Below, in pieces: positions 1-12,761 of a stretch of DNA of 64,000 nt. The notes beneath the pieces were generated by a model, which did no database searches, was not told the DNA's origin, and was given only the letters and a program-made list of their open reading frames with translations. Origin of the DNA: the human T2T-CHM13v2.0 reference genome, Homo sapiens; assembly GCF_009914755.1 (NCBI RefSeq), contig NC_060934.1, one strand, 5' to 3'. A program made the position numbers and the translations under genes. How positions within the stretch are numbered: position 1 is the stretch's first letter; the number at the start of each line of letters is the position of its first letter.

Positions 1-830
1 TCCCTTCTGTCAGTTTTTCAGTTACAAGGAGCCTGAAGTATTCTCTTTTAGAAAGAGCGTCTGGCATATTTTCAGATGTCTTGCATCCCTGGGGTCATCT
101 CTCTGCCATCTTCACCATGAAGATAGTCACTTTGACCAAACACTCAGCATCATTGCCCTTCATCTACAGCAGCTGGTATTGCATGTTTCTTTGTATATGA
201 ATGAAATTAATATTCTATTACTACATTTTCTGTCCTCCCCTCTACCCTATGCCAACCACCTGCATACTTGCAGGAATTTTTGTTTAAATATTATTCTTCA
301 TTCATTAGTTTAAAAATGTTGCCAGAATGATCTGCCTAACACATTGTGGGCATGGAACTTGTGTAGCCTGCGAGGTTTGCTTTTCACGTTTTCTTTGCTT
401 TTTCCCTATTCATTATGGAATCGACTCTAGGAAGCTATTTATTCGTGTATTCCCTCTGCTCCCTGTCACTTAGTGCAGAGCCATTTTGCCCACCCTTCAT
501 CTCTTCATCCTCTTCCTCTGACTGTCAAGCTTATCACCCAGTGACTGGCTTCATGATTCAGCAGCAGCAATTATGTTATTTATGGCTCCAAACACATTTC
601 AACTCTTCTGTCTTTATGTTGTTTATGTTTTGGGCCCTACATTCAATTCTCGGTCCAGTTATGCAGTGGTCTGTTTTCAAGTTCAGGTATGTTTCTGGAA
701 AATGGGTTCTTTCAGTCCATTCTACACAATTATTTTAACTCTCATGTTCCATAGTTTCTTCTTGACCCTCCCTTTTCCCTTCTGATGATCTACTCCTCCT
801 TCATGAGGTCATGACCTTGTGACCTTCTAC
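1..830 (-). mobile_element. Possible ancient L1/HAL1-like fragment
   Basis: T-rich degenerate sequence resembling antisense old L1 ORF1 region; weak, family not assignable by eye. Confidence 0.25.
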
Positions 831-1417
831 TGAGGGGTTTCGGTGCCTCTCTTGGGTCCCATTAAACATCACTCCCAGAGATGAGACCTTGCACTGCCCT
901 CAAGCCCTGACATGCAACACACACACATTTTTTTCTTTTTTTTAGGCCTTATATTGTTTGTTCTCTCTTAACTCATTCTTGTGCAAAGTAAAATGTGGGA
1001 AGACCTGCCTTTGCCAATAACAAGGTGAACGGGCGACTTAGGTGACAGCTTCATCTGTGTGGCCTGATCCTGTCTGTCAGTGCCACTCTTATTGGCCTTT
1101 AATGGGCTCTTTCTCATCCTCTGACAAAGAATCTTCATTTTCACCTTACTCCTTGGCTCAATATCTCTTTGAGCTAACACTAAAACTTTATTATTAACAA
1201 CCTTACTTTTGAGTAAATTGCCATTACTAATTTCCTTGTTGGTGAAGATTTCCTAAAGAAAACAGAAAACTTCTTACGGTTGTCTTCAGATACAGTATTG
1301 GGTAATTTAGGAGACTTTATTTTCTAGAACGTTATAACAAAATAAGCTAATGTCTGACTCCTCACTGGCTTGATTTTTGAGATGTTTAGTCCCCACTTAA
1401 GTGCCTTAAATAGTGTT

Positions 1418-1729
1418 CGTGATGGTGATGGTGTTGCTGCGGGTGGTTATCTGGGGGTGGTGATGGTGATGGTGTTGGTGGTGATGGTGTTGGTAACGAT
1501 GATGGAGATGATGAAGATGGTGGTGATGATGGTGATAGTAATGCCACTGGTGATGGTACTGGTGATGGTGATGATACCATAATGGTGTTGGTGATTGGTC
1601 CATTGTTTTTGATAGTGTTTTTCTGATGGTGTTGGTGATGATGATGGTGATGATTTCACTGTTGGTGATGGTGTTTCTAATGGGGTTTATGATATTGTTG
1701 GTATTGGTGATGTTATTGGTGTTGATGAT
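1418..1729. repeat. Degenerate (GATGGT/GTTGGT)n low-complexity repeat, left part
   Basis: Runs of gatggtgatggtgttggt; source of the Met/Val-rich and His/Thr/Pro-rich ORFs. Confidence 0.95.
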
Positions 1730-2112
1730 GGATATGATTTGGTTCTGTGTCCCCACTCAAATCTCATTTCAAACTGTAATCCCCACATGTCTAGGGAGGG
1801 ACCTGTAATCCCCACGTGTTGAGGGAGGAAGGTGATTGGATCATGGGGGCAGTTTCTCCCCTGCTTTTCTTGTGATAATAAGTCTCACGAGATCTGATGG
1901 TTTTATAAGTGTCTGAAAGTTCCTCCTTTGCTCTTCTCTCTCCTGCTACCTTGTGAAGAAGAGGCTTGCTTCCCCTTTGCCTTCTGCTATGACTGTAAGT
2001 TTCCTGAGGCCTCCCCAGCCATGTGGAACTGTGAATCAATTAATCCTATTTCCTTTATAAATTATCCAGTCTCAGGTATTTCTTTATAGCAGTGTACAAA
2101 TGGACTAGTACA
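1730..2112 (+). mobile_element. THE1D solo LTR (ERVL-MaLR)
   Basis: Starts gatatgatttggttctgtgtccccac, has the duplicated tgtaatccccac..gagggagg block typical of THE1D, ends tggactagtaca; 5-bp TSD atgat/ataat. Confidence 0.9.
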
Positions 2113-2117
2113 ATAAT

Positions 2118-2492
2118 AACGGTGTTGGTGGTGATGATAATGGTGTTTCTGATTGTGTTGACGATGGTAATGATCATTTTGCTGTTAGTAATGGTATTTC
2201 TGACAACATTTTTGATGGTGTTGGTGATGGTGTTGATCATGATGGTGTGGGTGTTCATGGTGGTATTGGTCACAGTGATGATGGTGTTGGTGGTGTTTCT
2301 GATGGTGTTGGTGATGATTATGGTGATAGTTTTGCTGTTGTTGATAGTGTTTCTGGTGGCATTTTTGATGGTGTTGTGTTTCTGATTGTGTTGGTGATGC
2401 TTATGATGCTGGTGATGGTGGTGATGGTGTTTCTGATTGTGATGGTGATGGTTATAATGATGGTGAGGATGATGGTGTTGGTGATGGGTGGT
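2118..2492. repeat. Degenerate (GATGGT)n repeat, right part
   Basis: Same motif as 1418-1729, including gtgtttctga variants. Confidence 0.95.
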
Positions 2493-3574
2493 ACTTGGCT
2501 CCTTTTACAGAGCAGGACCCAGGAACAGAGAAGGTCAGGTGCCCATGAGCATATCAAAAAAGGTATATCCCAGAAGAAGGCTGAAGACTGGGTACATTGA
2601 TTTCCTAAAGAAGACAGAGTCACTGCTTAGCTCTACGTGCTACTGTTCACAAGCATTCCTCTCCATAAAAATAGTTATGGTAACTTAAAATTGCTTTTCA
2701 TTTTTTACATTGTATCATTAACTTTGTCGATCTTGTGCCCTGTTCTTCCACTGCAAAGCAGACTCCTTGGAAGATAAGATGGCCCCTTACTCTCTCTAAC
2801 AACAGACTTCCAAGAGGAATTTCTCTATGATCTTGTTCCAGGAATGTGTTTCCCAAGAAGCAAGTCTGGATTCATCTTATGTACACTCCTGGCCTGTCTC
2901 TGGTATGTTTTCCTGGCTGGAGAATCTTTTGACAGCTCAGAGCCCAATCTGTGGCTCATCTCTAATGAATGTGCAGTATTTCTTATTTGCTTCTTGTTTT
3001 CCCTACCTTTCCTCGCGTTCTGATTTCATCATTCACTTCATTTTTTTTGACAGTGAGGTCGCTTTTATTATCATCCTCATATTACAAGTAAGAAGGAGCA
3101 CCAGCATTTCAGTAGCTCTTCCTGTCAAAATGGCAGGAGCAGAATCTCAGCCTGCATTTGTCTGAAAATTATGAAGTAGATCTTTAAAAATATTATATTT
3201 CAAGTTTCAACACTAAATTACTATAAGGACACAAATAAGCTTTGGATATTTAATTTTTTTCTCACTTTAAAAGATGAATGTGTCTTCCTCTTTCATAGAT
3301 GGCCTGTTATGATGAATTCAGCGGAATATAGCAAGGAACTCTAAGCCTCTAATTTTCTTTTGTATTTAACTATAAAAATATTTTAATTAATAAAATAAAA
3401 ACACTCACGTATAATTTTACCACCCTAACACACTACTAACATTCTTACCTATTCTCTTCCAGATATTGTCCTTATGCCATTAAAATTGCATAAGCATATT
3501 CAAAATCAATAATTTATATTTTTGATTTTTACTGTTGAGTTTCTAAAGTCCATATATTGTTATAAGCCTCTTTA

Positions 3575-4056
<482 letters not shown>

Positions 4057-4819
4057 TTAACCTGGAAAACCTTCTTCTCCCAGATTCATATTTTGCCTCA
4101 CCATTTACTTTGATCCCTGCAAAGGTAATGACATTGATTCCATGTTTCTAATTTTTCTAGAAATTCGGGGATCTGCTCAGCAGACCGGAACAACCCAGGA
4201 GGCATCTGGGCTCTGGAAGGAAATACAAGCCAGCCAGTTCCAGCAGCTTTTTCCCAAAGCCTGGAGCAGGCTCTGCTCTGTAGCTACTAGCATTTTTATG
4301 ACAGTAACCTGAGGCCACTCATCTTAGGTCTGATTGATGAGTAGGTCAGAAATCATCCCAGCGTGGAACCCTCCTTGACTCACGCTGTCTGGGTGAACAC
4401 ACAGACCCATTCCACTGTTTCCTGGCCAGCTTGACTTCACTCTTCTTATTTTTCTTGGGCTAAGAAAAGACATTCTTTGCTGGATATAAATATCATGCAT
4501 TTCAGAAAGTTCATATGTACAAATAACATGGATTCGGGATCATTACAGTTGTTAATTTTAGTAAAATAATTTTTTTCTTTGGCTTGCTTCTTGAATTCTT
4601 TAGTGATCTTGGACATACAAACACAGACTTCTTGTTCTAATTATCTCAGGTATGAGGCTTGGAAGTCGCAGTGTCCTGACTATTTCTGGAATTTAGACAG
4701 AATACAGCAGCCTGAACGTTCTTTCTGACAAGCCACAAGGAAACAGATGGGATATGTTGTTCCCTCCAGGGTGGGAGTCGCTGGCCCAGCCCCAGAGACA
4801 GATGTGCATTGAAAACACA

Positions 4820-4995
4820 AAAACTTTTTAGGTGGAAAATTTCAGACATATGTAAAAGTAGACAAATTCTATCACCGTGTTCGTATCACCCAGACTTCTG
4901 AACTACCAATTCGTGGCTGAAATTCTTTCATCCATGCTCGGCTTAGTCCTAACTCCTCTCTCCCCTGTGATTATTTAAAAGAAAATCCCAGGAAG
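4820..4995 (-). mobile_element. Old L1 (L1MC/L1ME) 3' end fragment
   Basis: ggaaaatttcagacatatgtaaaagtaga..atcacccag..gattatttaaaagaaaatccca resembles antisense L1MC4-type 3' end. Confidence 0.6.
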
Positions 4996-5244
4996 ATTTT
5001 TTTTTTGTGCCAAGGATGCATAAGAAGATCACCCAATACAATGATTTATATGGCTCATTTTGAGTTTTCCTATAGCACTGCCCTGGCTTTGCTGAAACCA
5101 CAAGACCCATTGTGGCTGCATGACTCATCTTCCCCAGAGGCTGTCGTCTCAAGGTTTCTTGTGCTAGGGTTTTTGAAAGTAGCACATTGTTTCCAAAAAG
5201 CAAAATTCTGTCATTTGTCACCTACATTTAAGCATATCTATTGT

Positions 5245-5585
<341 letters not shown>

Positions 5586-5714
5586 CTAGAGGCTCAGGGA
5601 ATATTTGTCTCCCTAAGAAGTACTGACCTACGTAACTCTTTCAACAGCGAGCTTCATGCCTGCCTGTGTGTACGTATGGGTTTCTACACATCAGGCCGTG
5701 AATCCACATGTGTG

Positions 5715-5820
5715 TCATTCATGGACTAAAGCAGTGATTGAACACCTACTCTGTTCCAGGTACCGTGGTAGACAAGGCCAGGAGGGCCTCTGTTCCTGTG
5801 GGCTTCCGTTCTAGTGGCGA
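5715..5820 (-). mobile_element. L2 3' end fragment
   Basis: attgaacacctactctgttccagg..ttctagtgg matches antisense L2 tail. Confidence 0.55.
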
Positions 5821-7746
5821 GCCACGTGCAGTGTGGTTGCTGGAGACGCGGGACGCTTTCCTGACTTGCATAAGAAATGGGCACGAGGTAGAAACACAGT
5901 GTTAAGAAGGCCTATGGGGATGAGGTCTTGTTGTCCTCCCACAGGTGTTCTGTCTGTTCAGAGTTCTGTCTCAGCCAGATGTGGGACCCCAACCAAAGTG
6001 TGCCCCCATCACGGGGGAGGCACCTGGGATAAGAGTAGGTTCACTTTTAAAGACATATTTGGTTAGAATTCAGGCCAGAGAAACAGGTGCCTCGTTGACA
6101 GGTGACCCAGGTCTGTGGTGTGCGAGCCATCTGCCTGGCAGGAGAGACAAACTTCAGCCAATGCTCTGGTGACTCTGCCTCCCCGCCCCTCCTTTCTGGG
6201 AATTGGGTTCGTCTCCAGGGTGTCTCACCTGCAGGAAGGGCCAGCCTGTGCTTTCCTGTCATTTGTCACCTGGCCTCTGCTGGAAGTATCTTCTCTATGG
6301 GGGTCCTCTCTGGCCAGGCCATTGGTCAACACCACTATCTTTTGTTCTTGTCAAAAGGCTTTTCCACATCTCTCTCTCGACTCCTTCCCAGTCTAGCCTC
6401 TATTTGGGGTATGGAGGAAATGACTCCACAGCTTCCCTCTCCACCTGGGCACGGAGAATATCTTGGGGACTGCGTCTGGACAGACCAGCCACCCATGTGG
6501 GTGCTTCTGTGCTGTGCAGGGCCTCCCCGGGGACTTCCCTGGGATGGTAGCCTTGCTTTCTCTGTGCCTGGATTCCCACACCTGTCGGGGATCCCATCAT
6601 TTTCTCTGGTCCTCAGGGGTGGGCAACGGGGCCGAAGTCCCTTCTCAGGAACCCAGCGGCATTGAGTGTCCTTTTCCCACTTAGGATACTCTTTCTCCGT
6701 TTCCTCCCATTTAGAGAAACACAGCTAGTCTGGAGGTGGGGGGGAGACTGGGTTTCTCAGATAAAAACATCCTTCCAAACCCACTGTCTCTGCCTGCACC
6801 TCAGCACATGGAACTCCGGGGCTGGGAATTTGTGCCATTGTGTCTCTCTGGGCTGTGGGCTGCATCATCTACTCCTGATGGGGTTGAGACACACACACGG
6901 GGTTGGGAGCAGGTGCATAAGATACAAAAAGGTGGGGAAAAATTGCTGATGTATCAGAACATTCCTCACAATTCTTCTCCGGACACCTACACTCAAAGTG
7001 TAGCGCTTGGGGAAAATTATAAAATAAGTAAAGGGGGTCTTTCTATTTCCCTAACAGGGCAAGGCTCTGTGCTAGGTTTTGTGGCAACTGAAAGATGAAT
7101 CAGAGGCATTTCCAGCTCTCCAGAGTGTCACTGAGTGGAGACAGACTCGTGCATGGAATCACACCCAAGGCAGACAGTGTAAGTGATGTCATGGAAATAC
7201 AACCATGCAGACAGATGCAGTTTCACCCTCATAGCTCTGCTATGAGGTAGGCAGACCCTGCCCTATATGAAGAAGATGAGGCATAGAGAAGATGAGTAAT
7301 TCACCTGTGCCACAGCAAACAACGAAAGAAGGTGAGTGCCCACCCTAGGTCAGGGGCAGAGCCTCTCTGTGGGGATGGTTGGTTGGGGGTGGGGGTCACA
7401 AAGCCCACGTCTGATGGAGACGTGCTGTTGGGATGATGTTGAGAAAGGGTGGGAGTGCAGAGAAGCCCCAACATAGTAGGCACCTGCAAGGGGCATTACT
7501 TAAGATTCCAGGGTCAACTTGGTGACAGCCCCATTTGGATTTGCACCTGTGCTGCCTCTGAGCTCTGTCTTCTCCTCTGCAGATAGAGTAACCAGGGCAC
7601 CTGTTGATTGGGGGCCTCACCAGCAGGAGCTCCTGGCAGCGGCTGCAGGGTGTAGCAGCACAGGACAGACGCTGGAGGTGCAGGCGCAGAGGTCCTGGGG
7701 TAGGTCCTGTGGATCACACAGCACTTACAGAATATTCCAAAAACAA

Positions 7747-8163
7747 AACAAGAGAGAAGGCTGGTGATACCATGTCAAGTTAGAAACAAGAGAGAAGGCT
7801 GGTGATACCATGTCAAGTTAGAAACAAGAGAGAAGGCTGGTGATAACATGTCAAGTTAGAAACAAGAGAGAAGGCTGGTGATACCATGTCAAGCTAGAAA
7901 CAAGAGAGAAGGCTGGTGATAACATGTCAAGTTAGAAACAAGAGAGAAGGCTGGTGATACCATGTCAAGCTAGAAACGAGAGAAGGCTGGTGATACCATG
8001 TCAAGTTAGAAACAAGAGAGAAGGCTGGTGGTACCATGTCAAGTTAGAAACAAGAGAGAAGGCTGGTGATACCATGTCAAGTTAGAAACAAGAGAGAAGG
8101 CTGGTGATACCATGTCAAGTTAGAAACAAGAGAGAAGGCTGGTGATGCCATGTCAAGTTAGAA
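7747..8163. repeat. 38-bp minisatellite (VNTR), 11 copies
   Basis: Unit agaaacaagagagaaggctggtgataccatgtcaagtt; ctggtg at 7761, 7799, 7837, 7875, 7913, 7951, 7987, 8025, 8063, 8101, 8139; one 36-bp unit. Confidence 0.98.
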
Positions 8164-8580
8164 AAAAAAATATAGCACAATAGGATCCAGGTTCTATTTG
8201 AAAAAAAAAGAAAAATCAAAAAACAACTTAGGAACAATATTAACAGTAACTTTTCTCTGGCTGATAAAACTCTTGAGTGCTGCTTCCTTCCTTATTCATT
8301 TTATATTTCCCCCATTTCATTCCATAGACACTGCAATGTTATAACCCAGGTGTGGAATGGTCATTGAGTTAAAAGACACAGCACATTTCCTGGCAGGTGC
8401 CTCCTGACCCCCTCCCTTGTGTCTTCACCTCCCTGAAAAGTGGATGTTTTTGTACAGGTTGTGCATATCGGCGGCTCTGTGGCCAATCCAGTACTATCCT
8501 ATCACGTGCTGGGGACACGATGTGGTCAGACATATCGTCGTTCTCATGGTCTCAAGTTCACATTGTCTCTCACACAGGTA

Positions 8581-9190
8581 CTTGGATCTGCTATAGACGG
8601 CCACGGGCCTCCTGGATTTGGTATACAGGGGTCCAGACACCTTGGATTTGATATAGAGGGTTTTGGGCCTCCTGGATTTGGTAAAGAAGGATTCAGAGTG
8701 CCTGGATTTGGTATAGAAGGATTCAGGGCTCCTGAGTTTGGTATAGAGGAGGCATGGCTCCTGGATTTGGTATAGAGGGATTCAGGGCTCCTGGATTTGG
8801 TATAGAGGATTCAGGGCTCCTGGGTTTGGTATAGAGGGATTCAGGGTTCCTGGATTTGGTATAGAGGGATTCAGGGTTCCTGGATTTGGTATAGAGGGAT
8901 TCAGGGCTCCTGGGTTTGGTATAGAGGGATTCAGGGCTCCTGGGTTTGATAGAGGATTCAGGGCTCCTGGATTTGGTATGCAGAGATTCAGGGCTCCTGG
9001 ATTTGGTATAGAGGATTCAGGGCTCCTGGATTTTGTGTAGAGGGATTCAGGGCTCCTGGATTTCGTATAGAGGGATTCAGGGCTCCTGGATTTGGTGTAG
9101 AGGGATTCAGGGCTCCTGGGTTTGGTATAGAGGATGCAGCGCTCCTGGATTTGGTATCAAATTTCCTGGATTTGGTATCAAATTTCCTGT
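8581..9190. repeat. 30-bp minisatellite, about 19 copies plus two 21-bp end units
   Basis: Unit cctggatttggtatagagggattcagggct; diverged at the 5' end, 28-29 bp variants inside. Confidence 0.97.
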
Positions 9191-11083
9191 CTCTTAGACT
9201 CTCTTTTTCTTTTTCCATTCTTCCAGCTTGCCTGGCTGCCTCTTCCCCGTATCTTACTCCAACAGGGGTCAGTGCTGGCCATGGTTATGTGGAGAGTTTC
9301 AAAAGCAGACATTGTCTCACAGATGACGTCTCTTTCTTACCCTAGAAGGACTCCGTGTAACATGAGGCATTCCTTTTAACATGTGGCATTCCTTTTAACA
9401 CATGTTGAGGTGGTCAAAGAATACTTTTTGAAATAACTCATTTAATACAATATTTTATTTGGCAGACGCATGTTGATATTTCTCCTAGGAAACAAAAATG
9501 TGGACATAGGTTATTATTTCTCACTGTGGTTTTTAGCAGGCATAAGAATTGGGCATCTCAGAATAGAATGGAATACAGGAGCTTGATGAAATTTTAGAGA
9601 CGGTCTAGCTCAGATGCTCTGCAGGAGACGAAACTGAGACCCAGAGAGCTGGGGTCGCACGTCCAGTCCTCGTGGTGCCCACGGAGGCCCAGAGTGTGGG
9701 AATCCTCCTGCAGCAATTCCGGCTCGTGGTCTAGTGACGTTCCCATCTCCCAGCTCCTACGGGAGGAAGTAAAATGAGGTGTTCATGAATTTCCCTTTTC
9801 TCCTGTGAATATGCTCTCAGGCTACAAGATTCTCTTGGTTTTCTAAAGGTTATGTTGATAAGTGTCTCTTTTTCAACATTTTAATTTGCATGTATATATG
9901 TGTATATATATGAATCTTAATCCATGGCTAGGCTCCTAAAGACAGCAGTTTTCTGTCAACAATATTTAAATAAACTCAAGCAGCTTCTACTCTCCCTCTA
10001 TATGACAGAAATGCATTAAAAATCTTTGTATTATGGCATTTTGCATTCATATATTCAGTAGCAATAACAATTTTCCTTCACAGACACAGAAGGTTTATGC
10101 TTTCTCTACCACAATTTTCAGACTTTGCCGGGTAGGACTTCATAATCATAATGATAAAACAATCTCCCTGCTGTAGTCCATGGCACAAATCCTCCTGGAG
10201 ACAGTTTGTGAGCCTTGAGGAGGGACTCTCATTCCAACAAATAGTGACAATTTTTGCTAAATAAAATATTGCCTTTATTTCATTGAGCTGGGAATGCCCT
10301 AAGCATGAGATGTTGCTGTCTTTCCTCATCAGGCACCTGGAGCCCCACTGATGGCTGTCTGTGTGCCTTTCTGTGGCCCAGTGACGACTGGCCCTTAGGG
10401 TTGGGGCCCAATGGTTTTCCTCCCATGGGCTCACCACAGTGTCAGGCAGCTGAGGACTTTGCTAACATGTCCTGTCCTCGTTCACAGAGTCCTTGGCTCC
10501 GTCATTGTGTCTGTCTAGGACGTGCATGGATGGCTTAGGAAGAGAAGGCAGACAATGGACAGAACCAGACAAGGGGCCAAGCACAGGGCTGGAAAGTCAC
10601 TCAGACAGATGAGCCTGTACCTGGGTCTCCTGATGTGTGTGCTCGAGGGTCTGGGAACCGAGGCTGACATGCCTGGTGTCAGGTTAATTTCCTTCTGTGT
10701 TTAATATCCTACCCCAAAATACATCTTTCAAGACTTTATTATTATTATCATTCTAGGACTTTTGTTGATGGGACATCTCTGTATGATCTTATGTGGCTCA
10801 TTAAGGGATTCCTATTTATGACTTTAGCCACAGGGCAGGGGTATCACCTTCCTTTTCATTCTCTGATTACTCACTCACCCACTGAGAACTGCTGTGATTA
10901 CATCCGGTGCCCCATAGGAGGTCAGGGCCACAGTTAAGGGATGGGGGAAGTAAAGTCAGGGGAAGAGGAAAAAGACGGATCCGTAAGACATGGGACGTGG
11001 CATAGAATTGTTTAGGAAATCCCAGTCTTCCTGAAAACTTAGGTTGTTTTTAATGACACATTTATTGGAGACAAGCCGAGTGA

Positions 11084-11394
<311 letters not shown>

Positions 11395-11599
11395 TCTTCC
11401 TCCAATTTTTGTGGCTACTGCACAAATATGGATTTAGATGACAAATATCATGTATTAAAAAATCATGAGACTTGGTCCTTCCAGGAGTTTAAAAAGATGC
11501 CGTTTTGAATAAGACTCGAAGGCACAGCTGGGGGTTGAGATGAGGTCACCATGCTGTTGCCAAAGTGATGTCTGAAGTTTTAAAACGGCACATCAGTGA

Positions 11600-11783
11600 T
11601 GGAGCTGCCAGACTTAGCAAATAAAAATACAGGTTACCCAGTTAAATGTGAATCTCAGATAAATCACACATGATTTTTTTTGTGCTATAAGTATATCCCA
11701 TGCAATATTTGGGATATACTTATACTAAAATATTATTTATTATTTATCTAAAATTCAATGTAACTGGGCTCTTGGCAATCCTA
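11600..11783. mobile_element. MER53 palindromic non-autonomous DNA transposon
   Basis: tgccagacttagcaaataaaaatacagg..tataagtatatcccatgcaatatttgggatatacttatac..tggcaatccta matches the MER53 consensus as I recall it. Confidence 0.9.
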
Positions 11784-12381
11784 CCGATGACTATTTTATA
11801 TAAGCAGAAACACAAACCATGAAACGTGTTTAGAGTAACGTCTTACCCAGAGCCAGGTCGTCTGAGCCCCAGTCCCTAGGAGGTGCCTCTGCTCTGTCGC
11901 TCTTCACCGGCAGGTCACCCCTGGACCCGTTGGCTTTGCTGGCTTAGGGGTGGGGTGTGTGTGGGTCAGGAGGCAGGAGGCTGGAGTATGAAAAGGAGGA
12001 AGCCGAAGGTATTAAGCGGAAGGGAAAGGAGAACAGGACCGGGATCTTTTGCATCCCGTCTGGATGATCACGCTTGGGGGATTGATTCATGGATGGATTG
12101 ATTCATAGGATCGTTTATGTATTCAGGGGTGGTTGAGGACCAGGTTCTGTGCCGACCGTCGAGTGGTGGAAGCCGATGTTGCATAGGGAGTTACAACCCA
12201 GTGTGGGCGTCTCCTGGAGGTGGTTCAGGGGCCACTGAGCATGTTGCAGTGGTGTCACGCATGCCAGCTGGGGACCTGGCACCGAGTGGAGAACTGGTGG
12301 ATGATGAGGACAGTGAGGGGCAGAGGGTGCCGCGGCTCTCCTAAAACATCCACGTGAATGCAAAGAAAATCATGCCAAGTT

Positions 12382-12761
<380 letters not shown>

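Noticed and set aside
2010-2022. PRDM9 hotspot motif position in the THE1 LTR
   Set aside because: Reads CCTCCCCAGCCAT, which does not match CCNCCNTNNCCNC at positions 7 and 13
1370-2623. Met/Val-rich and His/Thr/Pro-rich ORFs
   Set aside because: Translations of the (GATGGT)n tract
7747-8163. CRISPR-like appearance of 30-44 bp repeats (also 8581-9190 and 29205-30080)
   Set aside because: Units are head-to-tail with no unique spacers, there are no cas genes, and the DNA is primate
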